Of a stretch of 64,000 nt of DNA, positions 1 to 8,511 are shown in pieces (the first letter of the stretch is position 1; each line of letters begins with the position of its first letter). The translations under genes were made by a program, and so were the position numbers. Source of the DNA: Dehalococcoidia bacterium (lineage in GTDB: Bacteria; Chloroflexota; Dehalococcoidia; UBA2979); NCBI GenBank assembly GCA_963667465.2, contig CAXXDN010000002.1, forward strand, positions 832,001 to 896,000, in the 5' to 3' direction. The notes beneath the pieces were generated by a model that searched no databases, was not told where the DNA came from, and saw nothing but the letters and a program-made list of their open reading frames with translations.

Positions 1-366
1 ATCGAGCAGCACGGCGGCGGCTCGATCGTGAGCCTCTCCTCGATCATGGGGCTTGTGGGGGGCTCCGCGCCGGGCTACACCGCTTCGAAGCACGGCGTGC
101 TCGGCCTCACTCGCAACTACGCGCTCATGTACGGCGGGCGCGGCGTGCGCGTGAACTGCGTCAACCCCGGCTACATCGAGACGCCGATGACGGAGTTCAT
201 GCTCAGCGACGAGGCCCGGCGCGAAGACGCACTCGACCTGCACCCGATCGGCCGCCTCGGCAGGGCCGAGGACGTGGCGAACGCGATCCTCTTCCTCGCC
301 AGCGAGGACGCCTCGTTCGTGACGGGCGTGGCGCTGCCCGTGGACGGCGGCTACACCGCACAGTAG
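1..366 (+). CDS. SDR family oxidoreductase, 5'-truncated by window edge
   Basis: YTASK catalytic motif, VRVNCVNPG and C-terminal FVTGVALPVDGG typical of classical SDRs. Confidence 0.9.
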   Translation: MEQHGGGSIVSLSSIMGLVGGSAPGYTASKHGVLGLTRNYALMYGGRGVRVNCVNPGYIETPMTEFMLSDEARREDALDLHPIGRLGRAEDVANAILFLASEDASFVTGVALPVDGGYTAQ

Positions 367-391
367 CCGCCGCCGAGCGCCCGCTTGCGGC

Positions 392-1174
392 TCAGTCCTC
401 GCCGAACCAGAAGCGGCGCATGTTCGCGCCCGCGATCGCCTCGATCGCGTCGTCCGGAACCGGCAGCTTGCCCTCGAGCAGCAGGTTGAGGTCGGCGACG
501 TACTCATCGAGGCCCCCGGACGCCGGGTAGTTCGAGCCCCAGACGATGCGCTCCGGGCCGAACGCCTCCACGGCCTGCGCGATCACGGGGTACACCGCCG
601 CGTGGGGGTGGGGGGCGTAGCGGCTCGGGAACGAGAGCTGGAACCAGACGCCCTCATGGCGCGCCAGCTCCCAGACCGGCTGCTGTGGCGCGAAATCGGG
701 CGCGTCTTGCAGCCGCGGCGTCGCGAGGTGCGAGAGCATCACGCGCGTCGCCGGGTGGCGGGCGATCGCCGCGTCGATGTACGGGACCCAGTCGGCCGGC
801 GCGTGGTGGGGCATCGCCTGGATGATGAGTCCGAGGTGCGCGGCGGCCATCAGCAGCTCCGGCCGCTCGAAGATCATCTCCGAGGTGAGTCGCACGCCCG
901 TGAAGTCGCCCTCCCGGGCGATCTCCTCGAGTTGATCGCGGGCCCGCGGATCGCGGTGGTTGACGAGGCAGACGCCGGCGACCCTGTCCCGGTCCGCGCG
1001 GATGACCCCGGCGAGGTAGCCGTTGTCGTACTCGCCCATGTGCTGGACGATCGTCACCCGCGTCACGCCCGCCTCGCCGAGCGTGCCGCGCAGTGTCTCG
1101 TACGGGTAGTACTTGCTCAGGCCGCAGTGCGTGTAGGCGTCGTTGACCTCGAAGGGGTGGACGGGCGCAGTCAT
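392..1174 (-). CDS. Amidohydrolase_2 family protein (lactonase-like)
   Basis: N-terminal DAYTH, GVRL, HLA and FGPERIVWGSNYP motifs; GGAGG RBS; ATG overlaps upstream stop (ATGA). Confidence 0.8.
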   Translation of the reverse strand: MTAPVHPFEVNDAYTHCGLSKYYPYETLRGTLGEAGVTRVTIVQHMGEYDNGYLAGVIRADRDRVAGVCLVNHRDPRARDQLEEIAREGDFTGVRLTSEMIFERPELLMAAAHLGLIIQAMPHHAPADWVPYIDAAIARHPATRVMLSHLATPRLQDAPDFAPQQPVWELARHEGVWFQLSFPSRYAPHPHAAVYPVIAQAVEAFGPERIVWGSNYPASGGLDEYVADLNLLLEGKLPVPDDAIEAIAGANMRRFWFGED

Positions 1175-3018
1175 GAGGTTGCCTCCATCAGGAGACCTTG
1201 CGTGCGGTAGCACTCAGGATCGAGATCGTCCAGCAGTGGCGACCGCGTCCGCGGACGGCACACGATCGTGAGCGCGTTGCTTGATCGGGTGAGCGCGACG
1301 TAGAGCTGCGCGCGCTCGCTGGCGGTTGAGTCGCCTCGGGGCTCAAAGTCCAGCAGGTACACAGAGGAGAAGTCGAGCCCCTTGGCGGAGTGCACGGTGA
1401 GTACGGACACACTCGACCCATCGGGGGCTGAGCGTGAGACGACGGCTGCCTCGATCCCTTGCTCAATGAGCTGCTTCGCAGCCTGTTGGGCTCGTCGATT
1501 CCTGGAGGCCAGGACTGCGATCTGCGAGGGCGGGCGTCCGCGCTCAGTCTCCGCCCGGATCGCGTCAGCGATGAACTCCAACTCCTGCTGGGCGGTCGGA
1601 ATGTGGGCAAGCACCGGTACCGGGCCGTCACGGTCACCTGGTCGCATTTCACCAAGCTCGCGGTACATTTCTTCATCACTGCCATAGAGAGACGCTGCGA
1701 GCGCGTGGACCTGCCGCGTCGAACGATAGGGAACGCGCAGGACGCGCACGCGCGACCGGGGCGGTCGCAATTCACGCTGCGCCCATGTGAAGCCATGTGG
1801 GTAGATCGACTGCGCAGCGTCGGAAAACACCATCATTGTATTCTCCGAGCCGTGCGTCAGAGCACGTGCGAGGCGCGCCATCACAGGGCTGCAGTCCTGT
1901 GCCTCATCAACGATCACCGCGCGGTACCGCGGTGGATCCTTGTCCTCTTCCAGCAACGCGCGGGCGCGCTCAATTTGGTCGTCCCATTGATGAGGGCCGC
2001 CGGCCTCGGGCCGGATGCGCTGGTTCAGTTCCCAGATCACTTCACGTTGACGCCGCTTCAGCGGGTGCAGGCCCTGGCTGCGCGGGCGTGTGACGTCGAG
2101 GTAACCCCCGATCTCACTGAATTGATTGGGGCGAAGGACGCTGAGGATTTCGTTTGCCAGGTCATCGTCCGAGAGGTCCTCGATCTCGGCTCGCTGCTGA
2201 TCCGAAAGGGTCGGGCGGGCAATCGATACCGCAGTTCGCAGCTCGCTCCCGGAGGCATCGACGTTGATCCGCACGCCCCTGCTGTTGGCGTAGCGCGCAG
2301 CCCAACGATGGAAGCTTGTGACCTCGATCTCCTGCGCAACGGCGGGATCAGCGAGAGAGTCAATTGCCTGCCGAACAGCCTCCATGAGAACGCGGTTGTA
2401 GCAGAGATAGAGGACTCGTCCGACGCCGAGCGCCGGCTCCCCCGCGAGGTGGATTGCACGCCTGATCGCAATCGAACTCTTGCCCGTCCCCGCTCCACCC
2501 TTGACGAGGGCGAAACCGCCCCAGTTGCTTGTATCGAGCGTCACCAGCGTTGCCTGGCGCTCATCAAGAGCGGCGAAGTAGTGCGCAAAGCCACGGTCCG
2601 CCATTTCGACGAGGAGGTCAGGACGGGCCAGTGGAATCGGATCTTCGGGCGACACACGGGGTACGGCGGCTGGCGCGCCGACGCCAGCTGTGCGCATCCG
2701 CTCTCCCCGTTCGACAAGCGAGGCGATTGTCGAACGGTGCTGCGTGGCCCAATCGTATGCCTCATCGTGACCGCCGACCCAAAGAAGTACGAAGCGGTCT
2801 TCGAGGCTGGCAAGAATGAGCCTGTACTTGCGGCTTACCCGGACTGAGTCGACCCGCGCGCTACCCAGATTGTAGAGCCGCTCCCGGTTGAGGCCCGGGC
2901 TCAGCGGATCGTCCGAGAGTCGCTGCCACGCTTCTGCCGTTTCTGCAGCGAGGCGTTCTGGAAGTTGGTCGTAGCTATCCGGGAACGTAGGCGCGACGAA
3001 CGGATCCCGGTCCGGCAT
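1171..3018 (-). CDS. RelE/ParE-like domain fused to UvrD/Rep-like superfamily 1 helicase (615 aa)
   Basis: SF1 motifs GGAGTGKS, LCYNRVL, IVDEAQD, DAAQSIY, YRST, TVHSAKGLDF, LYVALTRS; N-terminal ~90 aa with DPLSPGL..E.L, SVRVSRKYRLIL, LLWVGGHDEAY; AGGAG RBS before ATG 3018. Confidence 0.85.
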   Translation of the reverse strand: MPDRDPFVAPTFPDSYDQLPERLAAETAEAWQRLSDDPLSPGLNRERLYNLGSARVDSVRVSRKYRLILASLEDRFVLLWVGGHDEAYDWATQHRSTIASLVERGERMRTAGVGAPAAVPRVSPEDPIPLARPDLLVEMADRGFAHYFAALDERQATLVTLDTSNWGGFALVKGGAGTGKSSIAIRRAIHLAGEPALGVGRVLYLCYNRVLMEAVRQAIDSLADPAVAQEIEVTSFHRWAARYANSRGVRINVDASGSELRTAVSIARPTLSDQQRAEIEDLSDDDLANEILSVLRPNQFSEIGGYLDVTRPRSQGLHPLKRRQREVIWELNQRIRPEAGGPHQWDDQIERARALLEEDKDPPRYRAVIVDEAQDCSPVMARLARALTHGSENTMMVFSDAAQSIYPHGFTWAQRELRPPRSRVRVLRVPYRSTRQVHALAASLYGSDEEMYRELGEMRPGDRDGPVPVLAHIPTAQQELEFIADAIRAETERGRPPSQIAVLASRNRRAQQAAKQLIEQGIEAAVVSRSAPDGSSVSVLTVHSAKGLDFSSVYLLDFEPRGDSTASERAQLYVALTRSSNALTIVCRPRTRSPLLDDLDPECYRTQGLLMEATS

Positions 3019-3055
3019 AGGTGCTCCTTGTCTTGTTGCCCGCCCGCAGTCTAGC

Positions 3056-4091
3056 TGTTCTTCCCACGAACGTTGTTTACAGGCGTGAGGCGGGGACAGC
3101 CCCGCCGATGCCGCCGTGTGGCCGGCGAGCATTGTAGCGGTAGAGCCAGCGCGGGAGCTGGTGCAACCGCTCGGCGTTGGAGCGGTAGGGGCGGGCGTAG
3201 GCCCACTCGTTCTGCAGGATCTGGATGAAGCGCTCGGCCTTCCCGTTCGTTTGCGGGCGGTAGGGCCGGGTGTGACGCAGTTCCACTCCTGCGGCGGCGG
3301 CCACGCCGCGGAAGTCGCCGGAGACGGTGTACGCCTTCGCGTTGTCGGTGAGCACGCCGCGCACGCGCACGCCGCGGCGGCCGAACGCGGCGAGCGCCTG
3401 CTTGAGGAAGGCGGCGCAGCTCGCGCCGCGCTCGTCGGGCAGCACGGCGACGTAGGCGTAGCGGCTGTGGTCGTCGACGGCGACGTGGAGGTAGTCGAGG
3501 CCGCGCGTGCGCGGGGTCGCCGCGGAGCGGCCACGGACGCGGTGTCCGCCGCCCTCGGGGATGCGGCCCAGCTTTTTCACGTCGATGTGCAGCAGGTCGC
3601 CGGGGGCAGGGTGCTCGTAGCGCAGCTTCTGCCTGCTCACGCGGTGCAGGCGGTCGAGACGGTTGAGACCGAAGCGGCGGAGCACGGCGTAGGCGGTGGA
3701 GCGGGCGATCCCGAGCGCCCAGGCGATGCGGTGCGGCCCGAACCCCTGGCTGCGGCGCACCGCGCAGATGCGGGACTCCAGCTGCGGCGAGGTGCGGCGC
3801 GGATTCGAGCGCGGAGCGGAGGTGCGGTCCTCGAGTCCGGCCGCGCCCTCCTCGTGGTAGCGGCGCCACCACTTGCCGACCGTCGCACGAGAAACCCGGA
3901 AGCGCCGCGCAACCTCCGCCTGCGACCAGCTGGCCTCGACCTCCAGAACCATCTCCAGCCGGGTGGCCGGAGTCAGACGCGCGTTAGGATGTGCCACGAG
4001 AGGCTCCTCTCCTGCTACTGGTGCGTTCTTCAGACACACACACAGCAGCAGGCGGGGCCCCTCACCTGCAACAACCTACGTGGGAACTACA
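3056..4091 (-). mobile_element. IS481-family insertion sequence, copy 1
   Basis: TGT...ACA ends with imperfect terminal inverted repeats (TGTTCTTCCCACG / TGTAGTTCCCACG); flanked by TCTAGC duplication at 3050-3055 and 4092-4097; near-identical to 35295-36330. Confidence 0.95.
3077..3997 (-). CDS. IS481-family DDE transposase
   Basis: HPNARLT start, HTH, HIDVKKL, VDDHSR, LTDN, PQTNGKAERF motifs; GTG start after GAGGAG. Confidence 0.95.
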   Translation of the reverse strand: MAHPNARLTPATRLEMVLEVEASWSQAEVARRFRVSRATVGKWWRRYHEEGAAGLEDRTSAPRSNPRRTSPQLESRICAVRRSQGFGPHRIAWALGIARSTAYAVLRRFGLNRLDRLHRVSRQKLRYEHPAPGDLLHIDVKKLGRIPEGGGHRVRGRSAATPRTRGLDYLHVAVDDHSRYAYVAVLPDERGASCAAFLKQALAAFGRRGVRVRGVLTDNAKAYTVSGDFRGVAAAAGVELRHTRPYRPQTNGKAERFIQILQNEWAYARPYRSNAERLHQLPRWLYRYNARRPHGGIGGAVPASRL

Positions 4092-4178
4092 TCTAGCGAA
4101 GCATGAACTGCCCGGGTGAGGGTGCGCGCCGACTGCGGGCGGTGACGGGCGGGGCTAGAGTGGGCCGCTGGAGGCGGC

Positions 4179-5501
4179 ATGGTCGCGAGGCTGTTCCCGG
4201 GCGTCTACGAGGGCTGGATCGTCGTCGGCGCCTCGACGACGATGCTCTTCATCCTCTCGGCCGCGGTCTTCTGGGGCCTCGGCCCGATCTTCAACCCGAT
4301 CCTCGACGAGTTCGGCTGGAGCCACGGCGCCACCGCGTTCGCTTTCGCCGCCCGCTCCGAGGTCAACGGGGCGGCGGCCCCGTTCGTCGGGGCGCTGATC
4401 GACCGGATCGGCTCGCGAATGATGCTGGTCGTCGGACTTGTCGTCGCATCGTGCAGTCTCTTCCTGCTCTCCTTCATGCAGAACATCGTGCACTTCTACC
4501 TGCTGATGCTCGTCATGGCGCTGGGCACCAGCACCTGCGGGGGACAGGCGACGATGGTCTCCACCGTCAGCTGGTTCGAGCGCAAGCGGGCGCGCGCCCT
4601 GGCCCTGGCGACGGCGGGCGGCACGCTTGGCGGGATCCTCGTCGTGGCCATCGCCTTCCTCGTCGAGTCGCTCGGCTGGCGAGGCGCGCTGCAAGTGATG
4701 GCGGTGGTCCTGCTCGTCGGCGGCCTCCTCGCTGGATCGAACGTGCGCACGAGGCCGCCAGGCCACCGCCAGCCGCTCGACGGCATCCCACGGGCCGGAG
4801 GTCCGGATCTTCGTGAGGGCGACGACGACGACGAGCGCTGGGGCGTGCCGCTGCGCGAGGCGCTGCGCGCGCGGGCGTTCTGGCTGCTCGCGTTCGCGCA
4901 GTTCGCGATCTTCTTCGCGATCACGGCCATCGTCGTGCTGCACGTCCCGTTCATGGAGGACGATGTCGGGATCTCGAAGACGGCGGCGGGCGTGGGCTCG
5001 GCGTTCTTCGCCGTCGCCTCGCTGGTGGGGCGAATCATCTCCGGGGGCGCCGCCGACCGCTTCGACAAGCGAGTGGTGCTGGCGCTGGTGGTCCTGGTGG
5101 CGGGCGTTGCGATGCCGCTCTTCGCGCTGGTCCAGAACCTCTGGCAGGCGAGCCTGGTGCTGATGGTCATCGCCGCCGGAGTCGGCGGCGCGAACCCGAT
5201 CCGCACGGCGCTGCTGGCGGACTACTTCGGGACGCGCTCGTTCGGCGCGATCAACGGCGTCTCGATGGCGATCGGGACGCTCGGCGCGTTCTTCGGTCCG
5301 TGGCTGCTGGGGCTGAGCGTGGACGCGACGGGCGGCTACTCGATCGGCTTCGTCTTCACCGGCGTGGTCGCGCTGATCGCGATCCCCTTCGTGCTGCGGA
5401 CGAAGGCGCCGACGGAGCTGACGGCGCGTTACCGCGGCCGCCCGGTCCGCGTCGTGCCACCCGGTCCGCCGCGCCCCCGGCCCGGCGCGCCTCGGGGTTA
5501 G
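4179..5501 (+). CDS. MFS transporter (OFA/MCT-like)
   Basis: About 12 hydrophobic segments, YEGWIVV start, GALIDRIGSR and GAADRFDKR motif A. Confidence 0.9.
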   Translation: MVARLFPGVYEGWIVVGASTTMLFILSAAVFWGLGPIFNPILDEFGWSHGATAFAFAARSEVNGAAAPFVGALIDRIGSRMMLVVGLVVASCSLFLLSFMQNIVHFYLLMLVMALGTSTCGGQATMVSTVSWFERKRARALALATAGGTLGGILVVAIAFLVESLGWRGALQVMAVVLLVGGLLAGSNVRTRPPGHRQPLDGIPRAGGPDLREGDDDDERWGVPLREALRARAFWLLAFAQFAIFFAITAIVVLHVPFMEDDVGISKTAAGVGSAFFAVASLVGRIISGGAADRFDKRVVLALVVLVAGVAMPLFALVQNLWQASLVLMVIAAGVGGANPIRTALLADYFGTRSFGAINGVSMAIGTLGAFFGPWLLGLSVDATGGYSIGFVFTGVVALIAIPFVLRTKAPTELTARYRGRPVRVVPPGPPRPRPGAPRG

Positions 5502-6787
5502 TCGAGCCGTCGCAGCCGCGGCAGGAACGCCAGCATCGCGAGCGTCAGGACGACGAGCACGGCCGAGACGGTGCCGAACGCCCATTGCCCGCCGACCTGC
5601 TCGGCGAAGAGACCGAACAGCACGGCTCCGAAGGACATGATCCCGAACTCCGTCATGTAGAGGGACATCACGCGCCCGCGATACTCGTCGAGCGAGTACT
5701 GCTGCAGCAGCACGTTGCCCAGCGCCTGCCGCCCCGCGCTGCCGATGCCGACGAACAGCATGAAGAAGCCGCTCAGCCAGATCAGCCTCGTCGAGGCGAA
5801 CCCGATCAGCGCCACGCCGACGAACAGCGAGCTCAGCAGCAGGAGCAGCCCGCGGCGCCTCGCGGGCAACGAGGCGAGCACAAGCGATCCCCCGAGCGAT
5901 CCGACCGCGCTCACGGCGATCAGCAGCCCGAGCTCGATCGCGCCGCCGCCGAGCACTTCGGTCACGAAGCCGGGCAGCATGATCTGGTACGGCAGCGCCA
6001 GCAGCGCGCCGACCATGCCGGCGACGAGGAGCAGGGCGAGCGTGCGTTCGGCGATGACGTAGCGCACGCCCTCGACGAGGTCGGCGTACCCGCTGGTGCG
6101 TCTGGAGCGGGCCGCAGGCTCGTAGTGCAGCCGCACCTGCCCGAGCGTGACGACGGCGAACCCGTAGAGCCCGGCCATCAGGAAGTAGACCCACTCGGCG
6201 CCGATGAAGGCGATCATGAATCCGCCGGCCGCCGGGGCGGCAAGCCGCATCAGGTTCGACGCCGCGGCGCTCAGCGAGACGGCGTTCATCAGCCGCTCCA
6301 TGCCGACGACCTCCGGCAGGATCGCCTGCCTCGAAGGCATCATCAGCGCAAGCGCGATGCCGTGCGCCACGCCCGCAACCAGCAGGTGCATGAACTCAAG
6401 CAGGTCGAACAGCAGCAGCAGACCGACGATGACGGCGGTGACGGCGTTGGCGAGCTGCCCCAGTTGCAGCACCAGCTTCTTCGGCGCGCGGTCCGCGAGC
6501 ACGCCGCCGAAGACCGAGAGGATGAGCATCGGCGCGGCGCTTCCGAGAGAGATCACGCCGAGCGCGGCGAAGCTGCCCGTGAGATCGAATGCCAGGAAGC
6601 CGCGCGCCAGCATCTGCATGTTCATCGCGGCCATCTGGCCAAGCAGGGCGAGGTAGAACCAGCGGAAGTCGCGGTCGGAGAACGAGTCGAAGGTGCGGAG
6701 CTGCCGTCCGCCTCCAGATGCTCCGCCCTCCCCCGGCGGCCGCTCGACCGGGCGCTCGGCAGCGCCCTGGGTCGGGGCGGCGGTCAC
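5498..6787 (-). CDS. MFS transporter (MFS_3/H+ antiporter-like)
   Basis: RDFRWF start, GGVLADRAPKK motif A, YRGRVMSLY; start codon approximate. Confidence 0.88.
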   Translation of the reverse strand: MTAAPTQGAAERPVERPPGEGGASGGGRQLRTFDSFSDRDFRWFYLALLGQMAAMNMQMLARGFLAFDLTGSFAALGVISLGSAAPMLILSVFGGVLADRAPKKLVLQLGQLANAVTAVIVGLLLLFDLLEFMHLLVAGVAHGIALALMMPSRQAILPEVVGMERLMNAVSLSAAASNLMRLAAPAAGGFMIAFIGAEWVYFLMAGLYGFAVVTLGQVRLHYEPAARSRRTSGYADLVEGVRYVIAERTLALLLVAGMVGALLALPYQIMLPGFVTEVLGGGAIELGLLIAVSAVGSLGGSLVLASLPARRRGLLLLLSSLFVGVALIGFASTRLIWLSGFFMLFVGIGSAGRQALGNVLLQQYSLDEYRGRVMSLYMTEFGIMSFGAVLFGLFAEQVGGQWAFGTVSAVLVVLTLAMLAFLPRLRRLD

Positions 6788-6933
6788 GAAGCGAGACCGC
6801 TCGCGAGGGCGGCGGAGACTGACGGTCTGCGGGAGCGTGCGATCATCTCCGCAGTCTAGGCGATGATGCCCGGGGTTGCCCCGGCCGTGTCGTACGGTGT
6901 AACGCAAGTGGGTCAGGAACGACGTGGGTAGCC

Positions 6934-6961
6934 TTGACGGGCTGTTCGCTATTTGCGAACA
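6934..6961 (+). promoter_or_regulatory. -35-like TTGACG followed by inverted repeat TGTTCGC-N5-GCGAACA, probable TA autorepression operator
   Basis: Perfect 7-bp arms at 6943-6949 and 6955-6961 directly upstream of the toxin gene. Confidence 0.6.
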
Positions 6962-6982
6962 TCAGGAGGAATCAGGCCGGGC

Positions 6983-7240
6983 ATGACAATCGAGTGGGGG
7001 AGCAAAGCGATTCGGGACATGCGCCGCCTGCCTGCACGGGAGCGGGAGCGCATCATCGCCAGGATCGAGCAGTACGCCGCGAACCCGGCGTCACTCGCGA
7101 GGCAGGTGGTCGCGTTGACCGGGGGTCCGTACAGGCGGCTGCGAGTCGGCGACTATCGCGTGATCTTCAATGTCGAGCAGGGCAACCCCGCGGTCATGGC
7201 CGTGTTGAGGGTCCGGCACAGGAGAGAGGCATATGACTGA
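6983..7240 (+). CDS. RelE/ParE family toxin (toxin-first, HigB-like arrangement)
   Basis: 85 aa, basic, RLRVGDYRVIF and HRREAY motifs. Confidence 0.9.
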   Translation: MTIEWGSKAIRDMRRLPARERERIIARIEQYAANPASLARQVVALTGGPYRRLRVGDYRVIFNVEQGNPAVMAVLRVRHRREAYD

Positions 7241-7625
7241 CAAGGACACAGTCACTCTGCCCCGTACGGAGTACGAGGCCCTGATCGAGCGCAACAGCGA
7301 GCTTGAGGACACGCTTGCCGCCATCGAGGCGGACGACGGCAACCGCGTGCCGCACGAGGTGGCGCTCGCGATGATTCGCGGCGAGAGCCCGCTCCTCGCG
7401 TTCCGCAGCCACTTCGGACTGACGCTGCGCCAGCTCGCCGCGCGGACCGGGATCGCCGCCAGCTACCTGTCTGAGATCGAGCGCGGGCACAAGCCGGGCT
7501 CCACCTCCGCCCTGGCCCGCATCGCCGAGGCGTTCGGCTCCACGATCGACGCCCTGCTCAGTGATCGGGAGTTGCCCGGAGGCGAGCTGCTGGTAGCGGA
7601 GGACGAGCCCGAATACCCGCGATGA
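7233..7625 (+). CDS. XRE-family HTH antitoxin (HigA-like)
   Basis: Overlaps toxin stop; acidic N-terminus plus LTLRQLAARTGIAASYLSEIERG HTH. Confidence 0.88.
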   Translation: MTDKDTVTLPRTEYEALIERNSELEDTLAAIEADDGNRVPHEVALAMIRGESPLLAFRSHFGLTLRQLAARTGIAASYLSEIERGHKPGSTSALARIAEAFGSTIDALLSDRELPGGELLVAEDEPEYPR

Positions 7626-7689
7626 TCGGCGCGGTTGCCGCGCGGGAGGCCCCCCGCTAGGGTTCGCAACGCGAGACGGGAGGACCGCG

Positions 7690-8478
7690 ATGCCGATGCT
7701 CGATGTGGACGGGGCCAGGCTGCACTACCACGAGCAGGGAGCCGGCGAGACGATCGTCCTCACCGCCGCCTACAACACCCCCTCGAAGTTCTGGGGCCCG
7801 CTGGCCCCGACGCTCGCCAAGAACTTCCGCGTCGTGACCTACGACGTGCGTGGTTTCGGCGACACGGAGATCGAGACCGAGAGCGCCAACGTCGATATCG
7901 CCGCAGACGACCTGCACGCGCTGATTCAGCACGTCAGCGACGGCCCCGTGTTGTCGCTCGGGCATGCCTTCGGGGGCGGGGTCGCCGCCAACCACGTCGT
8001 GCGCAACCCGGACGCCGTGCGCGGGCTGATCCTCGTCAACGCCGGCGGCATGTTTGCCGGCGATCCTGCGGCCTCCGCCAACATGTACTCGCTCTCCACC
8101 AAGCGCGGCCTCGATGCCGATGGCTTCGCGGAGCTCTTCGTGGAGACCTACTGCGGCGCGGGGTTCGGCGAGACCGAGGAGCAGCGCGCGCTCCTCGACG
8201 GGATGTTCGAGGACCGCAGCCCGCGCGAGAAGGTGATGATGGCGCTGTCGATCCTCGGCTCGTCGAACGCCGACAAGTACTGGGCGCAGTGGTCGCATCC
8301 GACGCTGCTGATCTACGGCACCGCCGACCGCGTTGCGGTGCCACTCAACGGCTTCGACCTCGCGAGGGCGCTGCCCAACTCCGAGCTGCACTGGCTCCGC
8401 GGCGCCGGACACTACAGCCCCTGGGAGCGCCCCGATCGCATCGCCGAGCTGGTTGGCGAGTTCGCGGCGAGCCTCTAG
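7690..8478 (+). CDS. Alpha/beta fold hydrolase with Ala at nucleophile position
   Basis: YDVRGFG, GHAFGGG (cf. GHSxGG), PTLLIYG..D, AGH motifs. Confidence 0.85.
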   Translation: MPMLDVDGARLHYHEQGAGETIVLTAAYNTPSKFWGPLAPTLAKNFRVVTYDVRGFGDTEIETESANVDIAADDLHALIQHVSDGPVLSLGHAFGGGVAANHVVRNPDAVRGLILVNAGGMFAGDPAASANMYSLSTKRGLDADGFAELFVETYCGAGFGETEEQRALLDGMFEDRSPREKVMMALSILGSSNADKYWAQWSHPTLLIYGTADRVAVPLNGFDLARALPNSELHWLRGAGHYSPWERPDRIAELVGEFAASL

Positions 8479-8511
8479 CCAGGATCCGAGGGCGCTGCGA
8501 GGGCACGGCGT

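Noticed and set aside
3019-3534. N-terminal 172 aa of the 787-aa ORF, suggesting an IS-helicase fusion
   Set aside because: It is an alternative frame of the IS with low-complexity translation; a good RBS and ATG exist at 3018
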